Shown here: piece after piece, positions 19,751 to 29,988 of the stretch | Position numbering within the stretch: position 1 is the first letter of the stretch | Layout: each line of letters starts with the position of its first letter | IMG/VR virus record: IMGVR_UViG_3300036770_001423 | Span: 1 to 64,000 of that record | Source of the DNA: a virus | Reading direction: 5' to 3' (one strand) | DNA: 64,000 bases | Position numbers and translations under genes: made by a program | The notes under the pieces: generated by a model | Told to the model about the DNA's origin: nothing | The model's database searches: none | What the model saw: only the letters and a program-made list of their open reading frames with translations

Positions 19751-20793
19751 CTAACTCCTACTGATTGTAAAGCGCCGTAGTTGTCCATAACTTTCTTGCT
19801 TTCCTCACCAATGCGACGAATCTGTTCATCATTGACATCACCTTGAATGATGATTGTTTGATTAAACATCATATCGTATGCAGACTTAGCTAGGTTGACA
19901 GGGGCTTGTAGCATCTTCTGGTAACTATCTAAAAAGTTAGCCGTTGCTGGCATAGCTTTCTTAGCAGCAGCAACACGTTCTTCCCCACTCATGGCGGCAC
20001 CAAATAAGTAAGAACCAATACCACCTGACTCCCTCTGCGCTGCCATTATCTGCTCACTGCTGAACTTAGACAAGAACTTCTTATCCGCTTCATTTCCGAA
20101 GCCAGCTCGAACACGAGCCTGTGCTGCTGCAATATCTCTACTTTGTTGTGAAGCTTTATCACTTTCCCCTACGCCAATTAAATTGGAATCAAAGATTGCT
20201 CTAACTTCATCAATAGCTGCCAACATACCTGTAATCATGGCAAACGGTGTTTTAAGCGCCATCATCAAAGCTCTACCGAAACCAGCAGCCAACGGTATCA
20301 GTGTCCTAAAGCTTGCAGCGATACCAACAGCAGCAATTGACATCGCTGCCATAGGGTTATCAGCACCCCATTTCATTACTTTCCACAGCGTTTCTAAAGA
20401 ACGAATAAAGAAAGTAATTGCAGGCGTCACTATGTTACTAATAACGTAACCTATTGCTCGGAAAACTTTATCATAAATACGACCAATGCGTTCTAAAGCT
20501 ATCCCATTATTACCTAAAGTGTCTGTCAAGTTTTTGAATAACTGTGCAAGACCTTTATTGTACCCACTGTTGAATACTTTGTCCTGAGCAAGCTGTAACT
20601 CGTTAGTGAATTGACCTTGCGCTACACGAACACTGTTTAATTTTGCCTCTAACGCACCACCGGCACTAGACATTAACTTCATTTGCTTAGCAACTTTAGG
20701 TAACGTGTCTACCGCCATTAAGTTACCAGCTTCCATTAACTTGAACATTTCAAGTTCTGTCATACCTAAAGCTTTAGCAAATATTTGTACACC
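19747..20793 (-). CDS. Tape measure protein, exon 2
   Basis: Begins GVQIFAKALGMTELEMFKLME after intron terminal G20794; spliced protein about 803 aa. Confidence 0.9.
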   Translation of the reverse strand, partial: GVQIFAKALGMTELEMFKLMEAGNLMAVDTLPKVAKQMKLMSSAGGALEAKLNSVRVAQGQFTNELQLAQDKVFNSGYNKGLAQLFKNLTDTLGNNGIALERIGRIYDKVFRAIGYVISNIVTPAITFFIRSLETLWKVMKWGADNPMAAMSIAAVGIAASFRTLIPLAAGFGRALMMALKTPFAMITGMLAAIDEVRAIFDSNLIGVGESDKASQQSRDIAAAQARVRAGFGNEADKKFLSKFSSEQIMAAQRESGGIGSYLFGAAMSGEERVAAAKKAMPATANFLDSYQKMLQAPVNLAKSAYDMMFNQTIIIQGDVNDEQIRRIGEESKKVMDNYGALQSVGVR

Positions 20794-20924
20794 CGTTTTG
20801 TTCAGGAGCGGTCGTTACTCACTCCCCGCTTTATTCAAGCTGCTGCATGTTTCCATGCAGACCAGACTATATCATCATCTCTATAAGATGCTTATCATTT
20901 CGAGTTCACTTGAACCCTACTCCC

Positions 20925-21629
20925 TTATGGGATAGTCGTTGAGCACAATACCAATTCGTTATATAATTCTTTATGTGTTTTACCTGAGGTGATATTTGCT
21001 ACATGGTGCCTGTTTATCTTACCACCAAATTCAGCAATTATTTCCTTAGTTGTTTTTCCAGAGATAAACATTAAAAGTACTTTTCTGACATCATCTTCAG
21101 TCAAATATTTTCTTGGTAAGTTAAACTCATAATCATTAGATATGTGAGACCAAGACTGTTTACTCTTAATTGAATATACTGTTGATTTATTTAAACCGGT
21201 AATTTTGCAAATTTCCATAATCTTCTTACCTTCACACAGAAGACTACATACTTGCCTTACCGTCTCATCACTAATGGTTGCCCTATATCCCAACCTACCA
21301 ATCAACATATTACCAAACTCAATACCGTGTTGGTAATTCCCTTTAGGGGATACCCACTCAAGATTCTCAATAGAATTGTTACGTCTATTTGAATCTTTAT
21401 GGTTAACTTGAGTAAGTGTTGTTGGATCTGTATTTTGGATAAACACAATAGCTAACGCTCTGTGTACATAACAACCTTTAGTTTTCTTTTCAACAGGGCA
21501 CCATACCTTGATTCTCAAATACCCGTCTCTGTCTGTGTATGGTGTTAATTTATTCAATGTGTAGCTGGAATAACAATTCCCGTCAACGTCTATAGACAAG
21601 AATTCATAATCTTTTACTTTATATAACAT
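20925..21629 (-). CDS. Intron-encoded HNH homing endonuclease
   Basis: VHRALA..VNHKDSNRRNNSIENLEW HNH motif and two C-terminal HTH-like repeats; SD GGAGG; 3' end overlaps intron P7. Confidence 0.9.
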   Translation of the reverse strand: MLYKVKDYEFLSIDVDGNCYSSYTLNKLTPYTDRDGYLRIKVWCPVEKKTKGCYVHRALAIVFIQNTDPTTLTQVNHKDSNRRNNSIENLEWVSPKGNYQHGIEFGNMLIGRLGYRATISDETVRQVCSLLCEGKKIMEICKITGLNKSTVYSIKSKQSWSHISNDYEFNLPRKYLTEDDVRKVLLMFISGKTTKEIIAEFGGKINRHHVANITSGKTHKELYNELVLCSTTIP

Positions 21630-21726
21630 GTTGCCTCCATTTAGGAGGATTGGCATCTTCGCTGCGGATTGTCCAATCCTGACAAATTTTTACTATACTT
21701 GCAATAGTTAATTGCAACCCCACACT

Positions 21727-21755
21727 ATATTACTATGTATGGTTAGTATTGTCAA
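21727..21755 (-). promoter_or_regulatory. sigma70-like promoter inside the intron, upstream of the HNH gene
   Basis: TTGACA-17 nt-TAATAT. Confidence 0.55.
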
Positions 21756-21823
21756 GCTCTAAGGAGTTTCCCGCATTAGATAAGTTTTCTGTATACATTG
21801 CTGTATACAGGGGCTTTCTATAA

Positions 21824-23188
21824 ACCCGGCATTGATTCTGCGAATTGCAAACGCAACTCCTCACTGGAGATGCGGGTTTTACTCATCATCTGCTGAATAG
21901 CATTGAATGCTAACTTCATTTTCTCTTGTGATAAGCCTAACACTGTACCAAGCTCAGACATATTAGTGAATAGTTCTTCAATCTGAGTATTGGTTAATTT
22001 ATCTTTAGCGGCAAATTTAAACTTGATGTATTGATCCGCAATATCTTTTACACTCAAACCTAAACGTCTTGACAAATCAATCAAGAACTGCATTTGCTGC
22101 TTAGCGTCTGACGTATTACCTGTTGCGGCAAGCATAGCAGAGTTTAAAGCTTCAAATGATTGACCTGTTTGGTTGATGGCACTTGTACCAGCAAACAAAG
22201 CATACAGACTCGCGTACTCTCGTACCATGTTGCGTGTAGAGTCCTGTAAACTGCTCATTGCAGCAGCAGCACCCATACTATGTCTACGCTGTTTCTCAAG
22301 CTCATGGTTCATCCTAGACAGTTCTTTTGTCACTGTTCTAAGCTGATCTATGTTACCTGAAGCAATAGCTGCATCAATCTTAGCACCGCCAAGGGGACGA
22401 TAACGTTCTACATCTCTTGCTGCACGAACAAACGCATCAGCACCTTTCTGTGTAGTTTGTTTCTGAGCGCCTTGAAGTAATGAAGCTTGTTGCTGAGATG
22501 TGTAGTTCTGAAAACCACCACCCTTCTTAATGGCATTGAATGTATTGTTTGTAGCAGTACCTGTTGGACCAGTCATCAGTGTGGCTACACGAACATTAGA
22601 TTCTTTCAAATCTCTGTTCAGTTTAATTACACTAGCACGAATCGCTTTAATCTTTTCTAATGAACCCCCACGAGCCGCTTGTCTTGCTGACAATAAAGCC
22701 TGCAATGCTTGTTGTCTTCCTTCAGGACCACTAGACTTTAAATCACGGAAAGCTTGTAAATTAGTAAGAGTACCCAACGACCTACGTTTACGTAAGCGCT
22801 CATTGGCAATGCCGAGAGCAGACTGGTCGGACTGCATCTTACGATAGTAATTACCCATAGCTTTGAGCTGAGGGTTTACTTCAGGATTGATTAATGCACG
22901 AACAGCTTGTTGACGTTTAGCGGATTCAATAAAACTTTTATCAGCAATCTTTTTACTTTCTTTAGCTGACTTTCTTTCAATATCTTCTTTCTTCTTAGCT
23001 GTTGTTTCAGCAACCTTCACAGCGTTATCGGATATTTGCTTCTCAGCTTTTAATCCATTCTTAACACGTTTAGCGTCTACTCCAACAGCTAACTTTTCTA
23101 ACGATTTGTGTAAATCTTGAATTTGAGATTTAATCTTTGATGTATCAAACCCCAAGCTGACAAGAAAATCTTCAATTGGGCTGGACAT
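21824..23188 (-). CDS. Tape measure protein, exon 1
   Basis: IEDFLVSLGFD N-terminus, helical Ala/Lys-rich body, tape-measure domain QMMSKTRISSEELRLQFAESMPG. Confidence 0.9.
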
Positions 23189-23457
23189 TATTTCTCCCGC
23201 AGTTTAGCATCCTTTCGATATGCTTCTTCTTTTGTATATTTGATTGTCAGATATTCTCGTAGTTTCAAGCATTCAATATAAGTGTATGTGTGCATTAAAT
23301 CCCATGCACTCACTTTGAATTCAGTCATTTCAGATATTTGATAAAAGAACCAATCTTCATCATCAAGAAGGGTTCCTTTCTTTATCGCAGCCAATACTTG
23401 ATTTAAGTAGGGCTGGTCATGCTCTGAAACTTCTCTTGAAAACGAGAAATTAAACCC
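23188..23457 (-). CDS. Tail assembly chaperone -1 frameshift extension (gpT-like)
   Basis: The -1 frame is open from the slippery site GGGAAAG to the stop overlapping the tape measure start. Confidence 0.8.
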   Translation of the reverse strand, partial: GFNFSFSREVSEHDQPYLNQVLAAIKKGTLLDDEDWFFYQISEMTEFKVSAWDLMHTYTYIECLKLREYLTIKYTKEEAYRKDAKLREK

Positions 23458-23846
23458 TTTCCCTTGAAAAGACTCCCGAAGTTCTGTTCAATAGCAAAGG
23501 CTACTAATTCAATCAAGATTTCATATTGACCAACAATGATGTCAGCCAACTTAACTTGTACACCATCTTTTAACAAATGAGCCAATAGACGATTGAAGAT
23601 CATATCTTCTAAATTAATCTGGTCAATTTGTTGTAACAACAACAACGCCATTTCACGGAACGTTTTAGGGGCACCATGAAATACGTCATCGTGTCGTGAA
23701 GCATCGAATGATTCACCTACTAACGGTAACAAAACTTTAGACAATTCTACTGAGGTTCTAAAACCACTTAAACCATCTAACACTTTAATATGATAAGTGC
23801 TTCCGTCAATCTCAATACTACGTAAATTACTTGCTGGCATTTGCAT
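23403..23846 (-). CDS. Tail assembly chaperone (gpG-like)
   Basis: Between tube and tape measure genes; contains G GGA AAG in the correct phase. Confidence 0.85.
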   Translation of the reverse strand: MQMPASNLRSIEIDGSTYHIKVLDGLSGFRTSVELSKVLLPLVGESFDASRHDDVFHGAPKTFREMALLLLQQIDQINLEDMIFNRLLAHLLKDGVQVKLADIIVGQYEILIELVAFAIEQNFGSLFKGKGLISRFQEKFQSMTSPT

Positions 23847-23867
23847 TTGAAAGTTCTCCTTTGTTCA

Positions 23868-24434
23868 TTACGAGAATATTGATGTAATCTGTTTTCCAAC
23901 AGACTTCACAGCTTCACCTACTTTACGGAATAGGATTTGCTCATTCGTTAATAATGAATCATCTAGTTTAATATTCTGGTTAGGTTGCATATCTATACAA
24001 TAGATAGACCATGTTGTAGCACCAGCCATGTTCGTATAGGATTGGTCTGGGTGCTTTTGAATAAATGATGAGGTTGATTTCCAACTCACCATTAAGTTAT
24101 AATCTGTAAACACTAATTGAGGAAGTTCAATAGGTTTTGTAGGGTCTTGCATATTACGCTGAATGTCTAACAACCATTTGTTGTTCTGACTCATTTGAAG
24201 CAGAGTGAATGTCACAACAGCATCTTTGTTTGTTTGTCTCTGTAACGCGGTGTTACCATCAATACCTTTAACCACACCAATGTTATCAGCAGAGTAAGAG
24301 ATGTTCACCATTTGGTCTGGAGCAAATTCAGTTATCGGCTGATTACCTAAAACTAAAGAAACTAATTGAGGGTTGTAGGTAGTTACAGATCTGTCTTTGA
24401 ATAGTGACCATCCACTACCGCCAAAATTAAACAT
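23868..24434 (-). CDS. Tail tube paralogue
   Basis: TYNPQ..F..G..VTFTLLQ.S..N pattern shared with 24483..24977. Confidence 0.75.
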   Translation of the reverse strand: MFNFGGSGWSLFKDRSVTTYNPQLVSLVLGNQPITEFAPDQMVNISYSADNIGVVKGIDGNTALQRQTNKDAVVTFTLLQMSQNNKWLLDIQRNMQDPTKPIELPQLVFTDYNLMVSWKSTSSFIQKHPDQSYTNMAGATTWSIYCIDMQPNQNIKLDDSLLTNEQILFRKVGEAVKSVGKQITSIFS

Positions 24435-24453
24435 CGTTTACCTCTTAAACAAG

Positions 24454-24474
24454 AAAGCCCCGACAAGCGGGGCT
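24454..24474 (-). terminator. Intrinsic terminator after major tail tube gene
   Basis: AGCCCCG-CTTGT-CGGGGCT then TTCTT on the minus strand. Confidence 0.75.
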
Positions 24475-24482
24475 AATTACTG

Positions 24483-24977
24483 TTAGCCTACACCGAGTAA
24501 ATCAGCAGCGGCAGCTACTTGTGAAGCAATGCCCAAGGCTTGAGTGATTTCACTGTTAGAAGATACAGGAATCATGTTAGACACGAAGAATGTCCATGTT
24601 TTAGCGTTCTGACCATCTGACAAAGTTACAGGCGCGGCGGTTTTTAAATGTGCATCGCGACATTCATATAACGCAGAACCTGAAGGATCAACAATTGTCA
24701 TATTCTCACGAACGATGTCATCGTCGCGCTGCTGTGCAGCGTAAATGTTTGATAAGTACAGATTAGTTTCTGCATTCTGCAACAAAGTGATCGTGACCAT
24801 TGCGGTATAGTTAGCAATCTTGGTCAGAGCGACATCGCCTTGCGCACCTACAACTTCATCAGTTAAATCAGAATTAGGTGTGATTGTTACAAACTCACCA
24901 TCTGCAAAACCGTAGAAAGGTACGCCACCCCAAGCAATACGTACAGCCTGCGGGCTGTAAGTTTTAATATAAGCCAT
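24483..24977 (-). CDS. Tail tube protein
   Basis: TYSP..GFADG..VGAQG..TITLLQ..DPSG motif; follows sheath. Confidence 0.85.
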   Translation of the reverse strand: MAYIKTYSPQAVRIAWGGVPFYGFADGEFVTITPNSDLTDEVVGAQGDVALTKIANYTAMVTITLLQNAETNLYLSNIYAAQQRDDDIVRENMTIVDPSGSALYECRDAHLKTAAPVTLSDGQNAKTWTFFVSNMIPVSSNSEITQALGIASQVAAAADLLGVG

Positions 24978-24990
24978 TATTTACTCCAAA

Positions 24991-26337
24991 TTAAGCGTTA
25001 AAAGAAATTGCCAGTGTACCGGTGATGTCAATCAATTCGATTGAACCAGACAACTCAGCTTTGAAGTAACCTTCATCCAACAGACCTAGGCCTTTCTTAG
25101 CAGCGGATACGTCACGCTCATCTGGTAAAGTGATTAAGTAGTTGTCATTGATGAAGCTACGGCGAACAAACAGGTCCAGAGTTTTAGCAATGGTAGAACG
25201 AACGGCGTTGATACCGTTGTTGTTGTATGGCAGCTTGCCGCCTTTCTGAGACAGCAACAGAGCAGTCAGGTTAGCTTTCATTTCATTCTCTAAAGCATCA
25301 CGACCACGGATGTTGTCAATGCGCTCACCACCAGCAACCAGACCACCACGAGTAGCATTCTGACCACCTTCTAAACGAATGAATGTAGCATTACGTGCAG
25401 ACAGGTTATTCTGTTGTGTTTGTGTCAGGACATTACCATCTACGTTTTGTGATGGAGACAAAGCTACTACGTTGTTAGTCCAAATTACTGAACCAGCATC
25501 GAATGGAGCGTTGTGACCCACGTAGTTTAATTCCACGAAGTCTTCATCAGCTTTCTGATGGTACAGGCCGAATGTACGGAAGTAACCAGCATCTGACAGC
25601 TTACCTAAGATGTCACCTGATACAGCAGCACCTTTAACGTAAGTACCGTAGTTAGCAGCACCTTCTACTGCAACAGCATATAACTTAGCACGGGCTTCTA
25701 CATCAGCAGCCATAGCCAATACCCAAGCTTCCGAATGGTCTTCTGAAGTAATGAAATAGCAATCTGAGTCTGCGTCCAGAACACGCTGTAACGCAGCAGA
25801 AGCTGTTGCTGTAGATGTGTAAGAGTCAGTCAGATTTAACAGCGCTGTTACGGCAAATTTGTTAGTGCCAGTAGGGGCGATTGTCACAACACTTGTTGCT
25901 GAAGTAGCAGCAACTAATGCGCCTACAGCAGATGCTTCAACGGCAGCAGCGATAGCAGTAGCAATTGTAGTTGTTGTATCTGAACCAGTAGCAGTAACAG
26001 AAATATTAGCTGATACCGCACCTGATGCGATTGTGAAACTAAATACTTTGCCGTTTGCTACAGAATCAACTGTAAGTTTTAAATCAGCTTCAATCTGACC
26101 AACTTTGAATGACTTACCAACTGGAGTGTTAGCGAAGAACTGTGTTGCTGCTTTGTATACACTGTGAGTGGTAGGGAATACTTGACCAACAGATAAAAGA
26201 TTAGAATAAGCGGTAACTACTTCTTGTGTGAAGCGGTGTTTCGCTAAGAATACCGGAGTACCATAACCCTGACGGCTAACAGTAACACCTTGTAAAGAGA
26301 TGGTGACATTTGCAATGTCGGTAATAGCACCAGCCAT
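24991..26337 (-). CDS. Tail sheath protein (DUF3383-like)
   Basis: GERIDNIRGRD and KLPYNNNGI motifs; size and context. Confidence 0.9.
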   Translation of the reverse strand: MAGAITDIANVTISLQGVTVSRQGYGTPVFLAKHRFTQEVVTAYSNLLSVGQVFPTTHSVYKAATQFFANTPVGKSFKVGQIEADLKLTVDSVANGKVFSFTIASGAVSANISVTATGSDTTTTIATAIAAAVEASAVGALVAATSATSVVTIAPTGTNKFAVTALLNLTDSYTSTATASAALQRVLDADSDCYFITSEDHSEAWVLAMAADVEARAKLYAVAVEGAANYGTYVKGAAVSGDILGKLSDAGYFRTFGLYHQKADEDFVELNYVGHNAPFDAGSVIWTNNVVALSPSQNVDGNVLTQTQQNNLSARNATFIRLEGGQNATRGGLVAGGERIDNIRGRDALENEMKANLTALLLSQKGGKLPYNNNGINAVRSTIAKTLDLFVRRSFINDNYLITLPDERDVSAAKKGLGLLDEGYFKAELSGSIELIDITGTLAISFNA

Positions 26338-26339
26338 TA

Positions 26340-26981
26340 TTAAACCTCGTTAGTGTTTATGTTTATTAAAATAGGATCAGGGTCAATGAAGTGATCATGT
26401 AGTTCCCCGTTGAGAATGATTTGTACGATATTACCTTCAGAATCAATTTCAAGAACATCTCTGAATGTAATGTCAATAACTATTGTGGATAAATCAACCC
26501 ACTCTGTTTGACGCTGTATCATCCCTCGTTTTACTTCATTAGAAATCTTGAACAATCTACCTCCTGTGAGGTCAGATACTTTATTTCTGAAGTAAGATGT
26601 TGTGAGGGCTTTATGAAGACTTAACGCTATACTATGAACATCGTCTGTCTGTCTTCCGACAAAATCTATTACGAACTTGACAATGTAATCAGTCTCGTAT
26701 AATCTGTTACCATTATCTGCGTACTTTTCATTGACTAGCTCAGCACCACCCCAGAACGAAGCGTTAAGGAAATCAACCAGGCAGTAAGGGTAAGGTAAAT
26801 CAACGGCTGGTTGATTTGTAGATGCTCTATCTGTAGAACGTTTCTTTATTACGGCTGGAACTAATTGTCCAACATTAGAAGATGATTTGATTTGAGCTAA
26901 TCGTGGACCAACAACTTGTTTTACTAAGTTGATAATACCGTTTTGTTGTGTGTTGATATTAAGACTGTTGGTATAACTCAT
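26340..26981 (-). CDS. Tail terminator / completion protein
   Basis: PYPY motif; position before sheath. Confidence 0.65.
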   Translation of the reverse strand: MSYTNSLNINTQQNGIINLVKQVVGPRLAQIKSSSNVGQLVPAVIKKRSTDRASTNQPAVDLPYPYCLVDFLNASFWGGAELVNEKYADNGNRLYETDYIVKFVIDFVGRQTDDVHSIALSLHKALTTSYFRNKVSDLTGGRLFKISNEVKRGMIQRQTEWVDLSTIVIDITFRDVLEIDSEGNIVQIILNGELHDHFIDPDPILININTNEV

Positions 26982-27367
26982 AACTTAGTCTTCCTTACCA
27001 ACAAGAATTCTCTGTGGCGAATACGTGGAAGTTGCACTGACCAATTACGCTCTTGAATTACTTTGTATCGCCAACCATCTAACTCCACTTCATCACCGGT
27101 AAAGCCAGTCTTTTCGTTATCTGGCTTTAGTTCTGACTTAGTGAAGAATACTAAGACATCTTCAATCTTAACACCTTCTGGTAATACTTTAGCTACTTCA
27201 CCTTTTTGTACGTTAGGTATTGGTTGCCAGTTACCTGCGACAGTAAATACTTGTTTCTGTGTCACTACAACGTTTCCGTTGTCATCAAGAGCTTGTTCAC
27301 CATAACGTGTAACTTTAACAGAGCTTGTATTAAGTAGTCTCATAGTGTATGCACCGTTCCTCTCCAA
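26978..27367 (-). CDS. Head closure protein
   Basis: WQP..LPEG..D.V..DG..YKV pattern. Confidence 0.7.
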   Translation of the reverse strand: MERNGAYTMRLLNTSSVKVTRYGEQALDDNGNVVVTQKQVFTVAGNWQPIPNVQKGEVAKVLPEGVKIEDVLVFFTKSELKPDNEKTGFTGDEVELDGWRYKVIQERNWSVQLPRIRHREFLLVRKTKL

Positions 27368-27828
27368 CTAACTTTCCAAGCGAAGTTATCAGCTAACTCA
27401 GATGTATCAATCAATGGTGTTTCATTAGTAGTTACCCAGAGGATATCTGGATTACCGAAGATTTCATTAGCGGAATGAACAGCCCACATACCGAACTTGT
27501 CAGCTAAATGGTCATTAGTGAAATTAGGATTATTCACATAATCACACAACCAGCTATTTAATAATTTCTTGAAGCTTCCTGCTTCCATTTGACCTACGAT
27601 TGTGTCTGAGTAGTTATATGATTTCTCAGCACCAAGCACAGGTCGAACATACACACCGACACCATGTTCATGTATACGAATTAATTCAGTGTAATGTAAT
27701 TTGGATGAAGTGTGTATTCCTTGCGACTGGAAATAACCTACTTCAATCTTCTGCCTGTTCAGTTTCTGGAGTTTTGCTACCAGCTTTGCGAGGTTTCCGT
27801 TTCTCTTGAACGTTACTTTGCTCGTCAT
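27340..27828 (-). CDS. Neck / tail completion protein
   Basis: VGYF..IHEHG..RP..PLIDTSEL pattern. Confidence 0.7.
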   Translation of the reverse strand: MTSKVTFKRNGNLAKLVAKLQKLNRQKIEVGYFQSQGIHTSSKLHYTELIRIHEHGVGVYVRPVLGAEKSYNYSDTIVGQMEAGSFKKLLNSWLCDYVNNPNFTNDHLADKFGMWAVHSANEIFGNPDILWVTTNETPLIDTSELADNFAWKVSWRGTVHTL

Positions 27829-27885
27829 CGGTACTCCATTCTTTCACTTCACCAGTAGTGTTATCCACCACTTTAATAATAGCCA

Positions 27886-28311
27886 TTACTTAATCTCCAC
27901 CAGACCTCTGCGGGATTGCATAATGTCTGTCCAATCTTGTTGGTCATATCCTGTGAATACATCTTCATCTTCAATAACACGATTACGCTCACTGAGAGAC
28001 ACGCCACCGATATAAATACCAGCACTGTATCGTGAGGTATTAGCTTTAACGAAATCGTCTAGTAATTGCTTGTAGCGCTCATACAGACGTTTGTATTCGA
28101 TTTCAACTTCACCAACTTTCTCTCTATCGGCTCGTGTACTGAATTCTGATTTAAGTGCTTCCATACAAAGAATAGATGCTTTAACAACATCATTATTGTA
28201 TTTAACCAAAGCTGAAGAAATTGCATTGTCGGTGATATACTCACCGGAAGGGTCGCCTATGTTAACCCTCACTTGAGCTAACTCACAGTTAAAGTCTAAA
28301 TCAATTGCCAT
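27886..28311 (-). CDS. Head-tail adaptor
   Basis: VRVNIGD..ITD motif directly after capsid gene. Confidence 0.7.
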   Translation of the reverse strand: MAIDLDFNCELAQVRVNIGDPSGEYITDNAISSALVKYNNDVVKASILCMEALKSEFSTRADREKVGEVEIEYKRLYERYKQLLDDFVKANTSRYSAGIYIGGVSLSERNRVIEDEDVFTGYDQQDWTDIMQSRRGLVEIK

Positions 28312-28362
28312 CTAATATTGTTCCTGTGAGAAAGAAGGGAGGGACAAGCCCTCCCGCCCAAA

Positions 28363-29439
28363 TTAAGACTTGGTAGCCTTGATGATTGTCAATGGAGACA
28401 ACAGGTAATCACCAAAGTTACTTTCGTACATGATGTGAGTACCGTTGAATTCATTGTCTGAACGCCATGCGTATTCTGGCAGAGCTACTGTATTTACATA
28501 CTGCATAGTTTCTGCTGGAGCGTAACGACGAGCGAACATACCATCAACGTTAGCTGGCATGATGTATGCTACATCTGGATCGATCAGAGAAGTACCACCA
28601 ATCTTAGCATCGTATTGGATATAAACGATGTCATCAGCACCAACGTACATGCGGTACTGTTGTTGGAAGTTAGCCAGACGTTTCAGCAGAGGGTCTTGAC
28701 CCCACATATCTGTACGGTCTACACGAGCTTGTTCTTCTTTAGGGTGATGCACACGGTCTTTGAAGAAGTTACGACCACACAGAGCAACATAACCAGAAAC
28801 GGTTTGACCATCTAACAGGTTTTCGTTGATTAATGCACGAGCATCTTCACCAACTTCTGCTGGGTACTTAGTAGCATCTGACAGAACGAAGTTAACTGTT
28901 GGACGAGAAGCAGCAGAAGTACCTGCGTATTCAGTATAGAAGTCATACACAGGAGCTGAACCGTTAGGAACGTATGAAGTACCGGTGGTGATCAGGTGGG
29001 CTAAAGCCTTCTCTTGTAACAGAGCGAATGAGCGGCGAATGTCACGAATGTCATTAGCTACCAGACGGTCCATTGAGTCCAGAGTGTCTTTGGTGCCCGG
29101 CACACGGCTACGCAGAGCGTCTTGTGGACGAATGTGCGTTTGAATACCGAATGAAGGGATTTTGAACAGGTGAGTTTTGGAGGTCTCACGAGCGTCATAG
29201 TTGTCACCACGTTCTGAGTATGATTTGTCAGAAGGCAGAGTGACACGCATGATCTTAGAGTCATGTTCCCAAGTATGGGTATTCATGTACTCAACATCTA
29301 AGTTAATCAGCTGAGTCAGCAGGTTAGGGATGTTAGGGCTGTTCTCTAACAGAGTGCTTGAGAAGTCGTGCAGACTGTTCAAGTTACCCAGATCACGAGT
29401 TACAGATTTTTGAATTTGAAAACGACCGAATTGAGCCAT
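28363..29439 (-). CDS. Major capsid protein
   Basis: 358 aa, strong codon bias, APAETMQYVNT motif; follows decoration protein and is followed by a hairpin. Confidence 0.88.
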   Translation of the reverse strand: MAQFGRFQIQKSVTRDLGNLNSLHDFSSTLLENSPNIPNLLTQLINLDVEYMNTHTWEHDSKIMRVTLPSDKSYSERGDNYDARETSKTHLFKIPSFGIQTHIRPQDALRSRVPGTKDTLDSMDRLVANDIRDIRRSFALLQEKALAHLITTGTSYVPNGSAPVYDFYTEYAGTSAASRPTVNFVLSDATKYPAEVGEDARALINENLLDGQTVSGYVALCGRNFFKDRVHHPKEEQARVDRTDMWGQDPLLKRLANFQQQYRMYVGADDIVYIQYDAKIGGTSLIDPDVAYIMPANVDGMFARRYAPAETMQYVNTVALPEYAWRSDNEFNGTHIMYESNFGDYLLSPLTIIKATKS

Positions 29440-29474
29440 TATTTGGAATCCTTATTGAGAAATAATAACGGCTA

Positions 29475-29969
29475 TTAAACGCCGTAGTAAGCAGAGGTAA
29501 CAGCGCCAGCAACGTTCTTAACGGCAACGCCTTGTTTTTCTAATTGTGCAGACACTGAAGCGATTTTAGCTGCGTTTAAACCAGCATCCCAACGCAGACC
29601 AGATTTCTTAACAGAAGCAGGGCCACGGAATAACAGAACTACTTTGTCACCAGCAGTAGTAACAGATACGTCACCACGAACATCACCCAGAGCATCAAAG
29701 CCAACTACAACACCAAATTTAGCGCCGTTAGCTACTGAGCCATCTTGTGCTGGAACGTTGATTGCGTCACCAGTGAAGTCACCAGCAACGATTTGGCGGT
29801 AGGCTGACAGTGAGTTATCCCACATAACCACTTGACCAACACGGTAAGTTTTAGTAGAAGCTTCATCAACAGAAACGTTGTGCTGATAGTTAAAGTTTTC
29901 TACAACAGGGAAGTTGTCCTGCATCAGAACATCTGACAGAACTGGACTAGAAGTTGCAATAACAGTCAT
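29475..29969 (-). CDS. Head decoration protein
   Basis: RGPASV..L..QG motif; strongly biased codons; precedes capsid gene. Confidence 0.75.
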   Translation of the reverse strand: MTVIATSSPVLSDVLMQDNFPVVENFNYQHNVSVDEASTKTYRVGQVVMWDNSLSAYRQIVAGDFTGDAINVPAQDGSVANGAKFGVVVGFDALGDVRGDVSVTTAGDKVVLLFRGPASVKKSGLRWDAGLNAAKIASVSAQLEKQGVAVKNVAGAVTSAYYGV

Positions 29970-29988
29970 TATTGTTTATCCTTTATAA

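Larger units (their letters stand above)
20794..21823 (-). mobile_element. Group I intron in tape measure gene (1030 nt) encoding an HNH endonuclease
   Basis: P1 GGGU/GCCC with U.G; P7 GACUA (20933-20937) / UAGUC (20865-20869); terminal G; splicing gives ESMPG-GVQIFAKALG. Confidence 0.93.
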
